Positions 16,908 to 23,120 of a stretch of DNA of 23,120 bases are shown here, in pieces (positions within the stretch are counted from its first letter, which is position 1; each line of letters starts with the position of its first letter). The translations under genes were made by a program, and so were the position numbers. The notes beneath the pieces are model-generated. The model saw only the letters and a program-made list of their open reading frames with translations, searched no databases and was not told where the DNA came from. The stretch spans positions 1-23,120 of the forward strand of contig CALCTW010000114.1 of NCBI GenBank assembly GCA_937907055.1, given 5' to 3'. The DNA comes from an uncultured Clostridia bacterium. Lineage in GTDB: Bacteria > Bacillota > Clostridia > Christensenellales > Aristaeellaceae.

Positions 16908-17657
16908 TCACTCGTACTCGACAACATTTACCCAGCTGGTCAGGAATTCACGTTCTTTCTCATTGCCCTTTACAGACTGAGAAGCCGCGACGATCGGCAT
17001 CCACTTCTGGATATAACGCTTCTCCGTACCGCTCTTCTTGCAGAAGAGATTCAGATATTCTTCCGCCATGTCGATCTCGCCATTCAGCCAGAACAGCAGA
17101 TAGGTGCGGGCTACGTCAGCAGAAGCGTTACCCTGCGTAGCATGAGACCAATCCAGAATGTAAGGGACACCGTCATCGGAAATGATGATGTTGGATGGGT
17201 TGAAATCTCCGTGGCAAAGCTTGTTGTGCTTCGGCATACTGTCAAGACGTGTATGAAGTTCATAGCGGGTCGTGATATCAAAGCTCGTCTGAGAGATCTT
17301 GCGCTGCATCTTGTCCTTCAGTTTGGTCAGCATGGGGCAGGTCTTTGATTGTACCTCGATCTGCAGATCAACAAACAGATTCAGATATTCATCCTTTTTA
17401 TCAGGATTCTCCTGCATCAGCTGAGCAAGTGTCTTGCCCTTGATATAATCCGCAACAATCGACCACTTGCCGTCAATCAGCGTTACCTGGTGGATCTTCG
17501 GAATAGAAAGACCGGTTTCTTCTACACGCGCCTGGTTCAGCGCTTCATTCAGAACTTCCGCCTTGGAGTAGAAATCGTCAAAAACCTTCATGGTAAAATT
17601 GCCATCACGGTAGATCGTCTTATGATTTCTGACTGCAATAATTCTGTCAAGTTTCAT
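16908..17657 (-). CDS. APH/choline-kinase-fold protein kinase-like protein
   Basis: 249 aa. Catalytic-loop motif is HGDFNPSNIII, followed by ILDW (the DxD-type metal site). AGGAGGAAAA RBS. It starts 12 nt after the adhE stop. Stop is TGA. Confidence 0.7.
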   Translation of the reverse strand: MKLDRIIAVRNHKTIYRDGNFTMKVFDDFYSKAEVLNEALNQARVEETGLSIPKIHQVTLIDGKWSIVADYIKGKTLAQLMQENPDKKDEYLNLFVDLQIEVQSKTCPMLTKLKDKMQRKISQTSFDITTRYELHTRLDSMPKHNKLCHGDFNPSNIIISDDGVPYILDWSHATQGNASADVARTYLLFWLNGEIDMAEEYLNLFCKKSGTEKRYIQKWMPIVAASQSVKGNEKEREFLTSWVNVVEYE

Positions 17658-17669
17658 GGCTTTTCCTCC

Positions 17670-20384
17670 TTACGCTTTGGCCATACCGTTCTTGGAACGA
17701 TTGTAGGCTGTCTTGAAGTTATGCACATTATCAGTCTGTGCAAGATCGGACTCAGAAGGCATTTCGGGTTCTACGAAGTGCTTTCCGTAGTAAGCGTTCA
17801 GATACATCTGACGGATCTCGCTCATCAGGGGATAACGGGGGTTCGCGCCGGTGCACTGATCATCAAAGGCCTGCTCAACCATATCATCCAAACGGGCAAG
17901 GAAATCCGCCTCATCGGGGACATAATCACGGATCGTGGCCTTGATTCCAACCTTGACCTTCAGGTCATTGACGGCATTGATCAGATTCTCCAGTTTTTCT
18001 TCGTCAGTGTTGCCGCCGAGCGCAAGCGCATCAGCCACTTCAGCGTAACGGGCAAGCGTATGAGGATGATCATACTGAGAGAAAGTGCCCATCTTGACAG
18101 GCGCTTCAGCAGCATTGAAGCGGAGAACTTCTTCCAGCATCAGCGCATTGGCCACGCCATGGGGGATGTGATGGAAGGCACCCAGCTTATGCGCCATGGA
18201 ATGGCACACACCCAGGAAGGCATTGGCGAAAGCCATACCGGCGATCGTAGCGGCATTTGCCATCTTCTCTCTGGCTTCAACGTCCACCAAGCCATTGTCG
18301 TAAGCGCGGGGCAGATACTTGAAGATCGTCTGAAGCGCCTGCTTGGCAAGTCCATCGGTATAGTCGGTCGCCATCACAGAAGCATAAGCTTCGAGCGCGT
18401 GGGAAACAGCGTCGATACCGGAAGCAGCCGTCAGTCCGCGGGGAGCACTCATATGATAATCCGTATCAATGATCGCCATATTGGGCAGAAGCTCATAATC
18501 AGCCAGAGGATACTTGATACCGCTATCCTGATCGGTGATGACCGCGAAAGGAGTCACTTCAGAACCGGTACCGGCAGAAGTGGGGATCGCGATGAAATAC
18601 GCCTTGATACCCATCTTCGGGAAAGTGTAGACCCTCTTGCGGATATCAATGAAACGCATCGCCATATCCATGAAATCGACATCGGGATGCTCATACATCA
18701 CCCACATGATCTTGGCAGCGTCCATGGCAGAACCGCCGCCGAGCGCGATGATGGTATCCGGATTGAAGGAACGCATCAGCTCCGCGCCCGCTTTCGCGCA
18801 GGCCAGTGTGGGATCGGGAGCAACGTCGGAGAAGGTCTCATGAACAATGCCCATCGCATCGAGCTTTTCTTCGATCGGTCTGGTATAGCCGTTATTGTAA
18901 AGGAAGGTATCAGTCACGATGAAAGCGCGCTTTTTGCCCATCACATTCTTCAGTTCATCCAGCGCTACAGGCAGGCAGCCCTTCTTGATGTAGATCTTTT
19001 CGGGAGCACGGAACCAGAGCATATTCTCCCTCCTTTCAGCAACAGTCTTGATATTGATCAGGTGCTTGACACCAACATTCTCGGAAACGGAGTTTCCGCC
19101 CCAGGAACCGCAGCCAAGCGTGAGAGAGGGGGGAAGTTTAAAGTTATACAGGTCACCGATACCACCGTGAGAAGAAGGCGTATTGACAAGAATACGGCAA
19201 GTCTTCATACGCGCAGCAAACTCATTCAAAACAGGCTGCGCGACTTTCTCATTCAGATAGATCGAGGAAGTGTGACCATAACCGCCGTCTGCCACAAGCT
19301 GCTCTGCCTTTGCAAAAGCATCCTGCATATCTTCAGCCTTGTACATGGCAAGAACAGGGGAGAGCTTTTCGTGAGCAAATTCTTCCGTCAGTTCTACGCT
19401 CTCAACTTCACCGATGATGATCTTGGTACCGGCAGGCACCTTTACACCGGCAAGTTCCGCGATCTTCGCGGCAGACTGTCCAACGATCTTCGCGTTCAGA
19501 GCGCCGTTGATCAGGATGGTCTTGCGCACCTTTTCGGTTTCTTCAGCGTTCAGGAAATAGCATCCTCTTGCGGCAAATTCAGACTTCACAGCGTCATAAA
19601 CATTCTTATGGACGATGACAGACTGTTCGGAAGCACAGATCATACCGTTATCAAAGGTCTTTGAATGGATGATGGAATTGACAGCCAAAATGATATCAGC
19701 GGTCTCATCGATGATCGCGGGGGTATTACCGGCGCCAACGCCCAGCGCGGGCTTACCGGAGGAATACGCCGCCTTTACCATGCCGGGGCCGCCGGTCGCG
19801 AGGATGATGTCCGCTTCCTTCATTACAAGGTTGGTCATATCCAGAGAGGGGATATCAATCCACTCAATGATCCCTTCGGGAGCACCGGCCTTCACAGCAG
19901 CTTCAAGTACAATCTTTGCTGCAGCAATCGTGGAATTCTTTGCTCTCGGATGGGGGCTGATGATGATCGCGTTACGGGTCTTCAGCGCGATCAGGGTCTT
20001 AAAAATCGCGGTGGAGGTGGGGTTGGTCGTAGGAATGACCGCGGCGATAACACCGATGGGCTCAGCGATTTTTTTAATACCAAAAGCTTTGTCTTCTTCG
20101 ATCACACCACAAGTCAGCGTATTCTTATACGCATTATAGATATATTCGGCTGCGTAATTGTTCTTGATTACCTTGTCCTCAACGATACCCATGCCGGTTT
20201 CCTGCACTGCCATCTTGGCAAGCGGAATACGCGCCTGATTAGCAGCGATCGCCGCGGCCTTGAAAATGCGGTCGACCTGCTCCTGTGTATAGGTCGCAAA
20301 CACCTTTTGTGCTTTTCTGACGCGTTCGATCGCCGCTTCAAGGGCTTCCACGCTGTCAATGATCTGTCTTTCCTTCGTTTCCAT
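17670..20384 (-). CDS. adhE: Bifunctional acetaldehyde-CoA/alcohol dehydrogenase
   Basis: 904 aa with an N-terminal ALDH domain and a C-terminal Fe-ADH domain (GGGSAMDAAK). AGGAGGA RBS. It starts 19 nt after the rex stop. Stop is TAA. Confidence 0.95.
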   Translation of the reverse strand: METKERQIIDSVEALEAAIERVRKAQKVFATYTQEQVDRIFKAAAIAANQARIPLAKMAVQETGMGIVEDKVIKNNYAAEYIYNAYKNTLTCGVIEEDKAFGIKKIAEPIGVIAAVIPTTNPTSTAIFKTLIALKTRNAIIISPHPRAKNSTIAAAKIVLEAAVKAGAPEGIIEWIDIPSLDMTNLVMKEADIILATGGPGMVKAAYSSGKPALGVGAGNTPAIIDETADIILAVNSIIHSKTFDNGMICASEQSVIVHKNVYDAVKSEFAARGCYFLNAEETEKVRKTILINGALNAKIVGQSAAKIAELAGVKVPAGTKIIIGEVESVELTEEFAHEKLSPVLAMYKAEDMQDAFAKAEQLVADGGYGHTSSIYLNEKVAQPVLNEFAARMKTCRILVNTPSSHGGIGDLYNFKLPPSLTLGCGSWGGNSVSENVGVKHLINIKTVAERRENMLWFRAPEKIYIKKGCLPVALDELKNVMGKKRAFIVTDTFLYNNGYTRPIEEKLDAMGIVHETFSDVAPDPTLACAKAGAELMRSFNPDTIIALGGGSAMDAAKIMWVMYEHPDVDFMDMAMRFIDIRKRVYTFPKMGIKAYFIAIPTSAGTGSEVTPFAVITDQDSGIKYPLADYELLPNMAIIDTDYHMSAPRGLTAASGIDAVSHALEAYASVMATDYTDGLAKQALQTIFKYLPRAYDNGLVDVEAREKMANAATIAGMAFANAFLGVCHSMAHKLGAFHHIPHGVANALMLEEVLRFNAAEAPVKMGTFSQYDHPHTLARYAEVADALALGGNTDEEKLENLINAVNDLKVKVGIKATIRDYVPDEADFLARLDDMVEQAFDDQCTGANPRYPLMSEIRQMYLNAYYGKHFVEPEMPSESDLAQTDNVHNFKTAYNRSKNGMAKA

Positions 20385-20403
20385 AGGATCCTCCTTATAC
20401 TGA

Positions 20404-21000
20404 TTATGATTGAGTCAGCCTGTTTTGAAGATGCGCGAGAGACAATGCCAGGTTCTCATATTGAACGGTGACATTGTCAGGCACGCGTAAATGGGAAGAG
20501 GAGAAGCACCATATTGCTCTGATTCCCGATCGTACCATCTCCTGTGCCGCGTGATCCGCTACATCAGGAGGGACGGCCAGAATACCAAGCTCGATTTGAT
20601 GGAGTGAGCAGAAAGACTGCAATTCACTCATAGGAAGAATGCTGCTGTTCCATTTTTCAGGATCAGTATCAAAGGCTTTGACAACACTCACACCGTATTC
20701 ATTGAATCCGGGAAAACCGAGCAGTGCCATTCCAAGCTTACCGGCGCCGACGATGATGGCTTCCCGCGGTTTATTGCCGGACAGGATCGCTTCCATACAT
20801 TCTATCAGTGCAATAACCGGATATCCCACTTTGGGTTTACCGCTGCCGCAAACAGAAGCCAGATCTTTTCTTACCTGTACTTCGCCGAGGTTCAGATCCT
20901 TCGCGATCGTGGTTGCGGAGATCTCTGTATGTGTAGATGAAAGACCGCGAAGAAATTTCAGATAAACCGGCAGTCTTCCAAGCGTTGCCTTTGAGATCAC
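20404..21000 (-). CDS. rex: Redox-sensing transcriptional repressor Rex
   Basis: 198 aa with an N-terminal winged-helix region (LGRLPVYLKFL) and a Rossmann motif IVGAGKLGMAL. GTG start, with AGGAGG 8 nt upstream. Stop is TAA. Confidence 0.85.
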   Translation of the reverse strand: MISKATLGRLPVYLKFLRGLSSTHTEISATTIAKDLNLGEVQVRKDLASVCGSGKPKVGYPVIALIECMEAILSGNKPREAIIVGAGKLGMALLGFPGFNEYGVSVVKAFDTDPEKWNSSILPMSELQSFCSLHQIELGILAVPPDVADHAAQEMVRSGIRAIWCFSSSHLRVPDNVTVQYENLALSLAHLQNRLTQS

Positions 21001-21027
21001 AAAGCATACCTCCTTTCCACAATTAGC

Positions 21028-21036
21028 ATTATATCA
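21028..21036 (-). promoter_or_regulatory. Extended -10 element (TGaTATAAT), candidate promoter of the rex-adhE-hyd operon
   Basis: The minus strand reads TGATATAAT about 28 nt upstream of the rex start. No good -35 lies at 17 nt; a TTGCAA sits only 10 nt away. Confidence 0.4.
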
Positions 21037-21070
21037 TATCCATTTGCAATAGGGAATGGTTGTTTCGACA

Positions 21071-21093
21071 TATCGATATTGTGATTATCGATA
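21071..21093. repeat. Two copies of the 8-bp palindrome TATCGATA separated by 7 nt (candidate operator)
   Basis: TATCGATA occurs at 21071-21078 and 21086-21093, with spacer ttgtgat. The site lies between the LysR terminator and the rex promoter. Confidence 0.45.
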
Positions 21094-21103
21094 TATTATA
21101 TAT

Positions 21104-21134
21104 TAATAAATACCCACCCGGAGCACGGGTGGGT
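21104..21134 (-). terminator. Rho-independent terminator downstream of the LysR gene
   Basis: The 9-bp GC stem acccacccg (21112-21120) pairs with cgggtgggt (21126-21134). On the minus strand it is followed by TATTTATT. Confidence 0.65.
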
Positions 21135-21208
21135 CTGACATGCGCTGAAGCAGCTGATCATCATTACCTGTTTGCTGCTTTTTACGCGCAGAAAGGATTC
21201 CTTATCTC

Positions 21209-21394
21209 TTAAAATAACTCTCTTTTTACACGGCAAAGCTCCGTGATAAATGCTTTGTCCAGATCTGACAGCATATAGTCTGCCTTATGGACGATCACAT
21301 CTTTATAGATTTTTTTGTTCTCCTTGCATTTACGATGAACAAGCCCATACCGCTACAGAACATCCGGCGGGCATACGGAGACCCACATAAATGT
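21209..21394 (-). pseudogene. In-frame continuation of the LysR gene beyond its first TAG, containing a second TAG at 21353-21355 and ending at TAA 21209-21211
   Basis: Same frame as 21395..22129. Translation: TFMWVSVCPPDVL-TAG-RYGLVHRKCKENKKIYKDVIVHKADYMLSDLDKAFITELCRVKRELF-TAA. It restores a normal LysR length of 306 codons. Confidence 0.6.
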
Positions 21395-22129
21395 CTATGG
21401 ATTCTTTGCCAGCATTTCAAACTGAATTGAACGTTCAAATATAAAGATCTGTTTTTCGACTTCAGGAAGCTCCTCCTTCTTGATTTCCGCCAGCGGAAGG
21501 GAAGGAACATAGGGGTTCGCATGCACAATCTCGATCTTATCGCTAAGGTCAGAATAATGGATCTCCGGCAGTTCCGCAAGAGGTGACTTTTCGTTCACGA
21601 GCAGTACATACTGAAACTCGTTCAGTAATTCATAAGCAAGCCCCTTGCTATCCAGCCATTCTTTGTAATACTTGTCGTATTGCGCCGCGTAGCGGATGAT
21701 ACCCAGTTTATAATCAGACTCTAAAATATTTCGGATCGTATGAACCGAGTTTGTTTCCTTGTAGGTCAGTTCATAACCTCCGTCCTTCGGAAGCTTTGTA
21801 ACGAAAGAAGAAAAAGCTTCACTGATATAACTGGCGAGAGGCACGGAGATAGAGAATTTCTTCTTTTCGGAATAATCCTTCCGGAACATATTTTCCACAG
21901 CATCGACCTGTTTAAGGATCTTTTCCGCATATTTCAAAAATTCTGCGCCTTCCGGTGTAGGCTTCATCCCGCGCGTGGAACGCGTGAAGATACTGACCCC
22001 CAGTGAGGCCTCGAGATCCTTGATGCATCGGCTGAGATTTGGCTGATCCATATATAGCTTTTCTGCAGCCTTGTTGATCGATCCATTCGCGGCGACCGCT
22101 AAAGCATATCGGAGATAAAGCAGGTTCAT
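21395..22129 (-). CDS. LysR-family transcriptional regulator. It is 244 aa as read under code 11 and ends at a TAG, so it appears truncated.
   Basis: Start is ATG 22127-22129 (MNLLYLRYALAV...) with AGGAGGA 7 nt upstream. The N-terminal HTH is SINKAAEKLYMDQPNLSRCIKDLE. The ORF-track start at 22183 has no RBS. Confidence 0.8.
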   Translation of the reverse strand: MNLLYLRYALAVAANGSINKAAEKLYMDQPNLSRCIKDLEASLGVSIFTRSTRGMKPTPEGAEFLKYAEKILKQVDAVENMFRKDYSEKKKFSISVPLASYISEAFSSFVTKLPKDGGYELTYKETNSVHTIRNILESDYKLGIIRYAAQYDKYYKEWLDSKGLAYELLNEFQYVLLVNEKSPLAELPEIHYSDLSDKIEIVHANPYVPSLPLAEIKKEELPEVEKQIFIFERSIQFEMLAKNP

Positions 22130-22204
22130 TATATGTCCTCCTTTCGGATATTCTGCATAAATGTACATTTCATATTCATGCACCGTGCATACAGAGACAC
22201 ATAT

Positions 22205-22233
22205 ATTATATCAGCATTTTTCCCTGTTGCCAA
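22205..22233 (-). promoter_or_regulatory. Putative sigma-A promoter for the LysR gene
   Basis: The minus strand reads TTGGCA-N17-TATAAT. Confidence 0.5.
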
Positions 22234-22243
22234 TATAAAGAAC

Positions 22244-22266
22244 TGTATAATGAATCGTTTTATACA
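22244..22266. promoter_or_regulatory. Dyad TGTATAA-N9-TTATACA just upstream of the LysR -35 element (candidate LysR autoregulatory box)
   Basis: Perfect 7-bp inverted arms at 22244-22250 and 22260-22266. AT-rich dyads of this spacing are typical of LysR binding sites. Confidence 0.4.
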
Positions 22267-22319
22267 TTTTCAGATCGAATTCATCGGTTTTCGTTTCAGA
22301 AAATCTTTTGCATGCATAG

Positions 22320-22349
22320 AAAAAGCGTACGGAGAAAACTCCGTACGCT
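22320..22349 (-). terminator. Rho-independent terminator after fba
   Basis: 11-bp stem: agcgtacggag (22324-22334) pairs with ctccgtacgct (22339-22349), loop aaaa. A T5 run follows on the minus strand. Confidence 0.8.
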
Positions 22350-22364
22350 GAGAGAACCAATCGA

Positions 22365-23120
22365 TCAGGCCTTGCCGGCGCAACCAAGGACGTTCAGGAT
22401 CTTATGGGCAACCATGTCCTTCACGGCCTGACGGGCGGGCTTCAGGTACTGACGGGGATCGAAGTGATCGGGATGCTCGGCGAAGTACTTACGGATGCTG
22501 GCGGTCATAGCCAGACGGATGTCGCTGTCGATGTTGATCTTGCAGACAGCCAGTTTCGCGGCCTGAGCCAGCTGATCCTCGGGGATACCGATAGCGCCGG
22601 GCATATTGCCGCCATACTGGTTGATCTCGGCAACAAACTGCTGAGGAACAGAAGAAGCACCGTGCAGAACGATGGGGAAGCCGGGCAGCTGCTTGGAGCA
22701 TTCTTCGAGAACGTCAAAGCGAAGCTGAGGCTTGGTGCCGGGCTTGAACTTGTAAGCGCCGTGGCTGGTGCCGATCGCGATCGCCAGAGAGTCGCAGCCG
22801 GTACGGGTAGCGAAATCAACGACCTCTTCGGGATGGGTGTAAGCAGCCTTGTCAGCTTCGACAGACACTTCGTCTTCAACACCGGCCAGGGTGCCCAGTT
22901 CGGCTTCAACAACAACGCCATGATCGTGAGCATACTCAACGACCTTGCGGGTCAGGGCGATGTTCTCTTCATAGGGCTTGGAGGAAGCGTCGATCATGAC
23001 GGAGGTGAAGCCGCCGTCGATGCAGCTCTTGCACAGCTCGAAGCTGTCGCCATGGTCCAGGTGCAGGGCGATCGGGATATTGTTCTCGATGGCAGCAGCC
23101 TCCACCAGCTTCACCAGATA
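22365..23120 (-). CDS. fba: Class II fructose-1,6-bisphosphate aldolase, C-terminal ~251 codons (the 5' end lies outside the window)
   Basis: The frame is open to the right edge (YLVKLVEAAA...). Motifs are LHLDHG, IGTSHGAYKF and VLHGASS. Codon usage is strongly biased. Stop is TGA. Confidence 0.88.
   Translation of the reverse strand, partial: YLVKLVEAAAIENNIPIALHLDHGDSFELCKSCIDGGFTSVMIDASSKPYEENIALTRKVVEYAHDHGVVVEAELGTLAGVEDEVSVEADKAAYTHPEEVVDFATRTGCDSLAIAIGTSHGAYKFKPGTKPQLRFDVLEECSKQLPGFPIVLHGASSVPQQFVAEINQYGGNMPGAIGIPEDQLAQAAKLAVCKINIDSDIRLAMTASIRKYFAEHPDHFDPRQYLKPARQAVKDMVAHKILNVLGCAGKA

Noticed and set aside
17349-19664. Very long antisense ORFs opposite real genes: 771 aa opposite adhE, plus 19665..20471, 1533..2813, 2823..4346, 6141..6719, 11088..11645, 14871..15542 and 15864..16472.
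   Set aside because: Their translations are low-complexity and rich in R, G, I and L. They have no recognisable motifs and no RBS. They exist because the sense genes avoid the TTA, CTA and TCA codons, which removes stops from the opposite frame. The sense-strand proteins are unambiguous.
20837-21022. 61-aa ORF starting at the ATG inside the rex RBS region.
   Set aside because: Its frame differs from rex and overlaps the well-conserved Rex N-terminal winged helix. The ATG sits only 2 nt from the Shine-Dalgarno sequence.
21295-21579. 94-aa minus-strand ORF overlapping the 3' part of the LysR locus.
   Set aside because: It is out of frame with LysR and has an arginine-rich, nonsense-like translation. 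The LysR frame read through the TAGs gives a far more protein-like sequence over the same DNA.
1-23120. Apparent excess of GATC. I counted 8 in the first ~780 nt and 6 in 13501-14100, or about 1 per 100 nt.
   Set aside because: The excess is probably a by-product of the strong preference for GAT (Asp) and ATC (Ile) codons. I cannot test significance against a codon-aware null model by eye.
1-23120. Search for tRNA, rRNA, CRISPR arrays, IS elements, integrases and defence-system genes.
   Set aside because: All intergenic gaps are under 400 nt and are accounted for by promoters and terminators. I saw no direct-repeat arrays, terminal inverted repeats or transposase- or integrase-like ORFs.

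Overview
The window is a chromosomal segment of an anaerobic Firmicute of class Clostridia. Gene content looks Ruminococcus/Oscillospiraceae-like, but that is inference only. All homology calls below come from reading the supplied translations, with no database search.

The window is almost fully coding and has three blocks.

(1) Minus strand, 1-4985:
- the start of a GGGtGRT-family gene and a NifU-like Fe-S scaffold-type gene
- a His15-less HPr-like gene
- a gltX-glnS pair
- a small, highly expressed double zinc-ribbon protein

(2) Plus strand, 5388-11963: the conserved plsX-acpP-rnc-smc-ftsY cluster.

(3) Minus strand, 12113-21000: one tightly packed operon of about 8.9 kb, in this order:
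- rex
- adhE
- an APH-fold kinase
- two thioredoxin-like [2Fe-2S] ferredoxins
- a PAS-containing sensory [FeFe]-hydrogenase (HydS type)
- a PP2C/SpoIIE phosphatase
- a group-B [FeFe]-hydrogenase

Block 3 is followed by an AT-rich orphan LysR gene (21209-22129) and the 3' part of a class II fructose-bisphosphate aldolase gene.

The most unusual observation concerns the LysR gene. It carries two in-frame TAG codons, yet it keeps a full-length, LysR-like reading frame that ends at a TAA followed by a terminator. None of the other 19 genes whose stop codon is visible in the window ends in TAG (9 TAA, 10 TGA). This is either a young pseudogene or a hint of amber suppression or recoding.

The second point of interest is the H2/redox-sensing operon. 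Its architecture has been reported before, but its signalling mechanism is unresolved.

I saw no tRNA or rRNA genes, CRISPR arrays or mobile elements.
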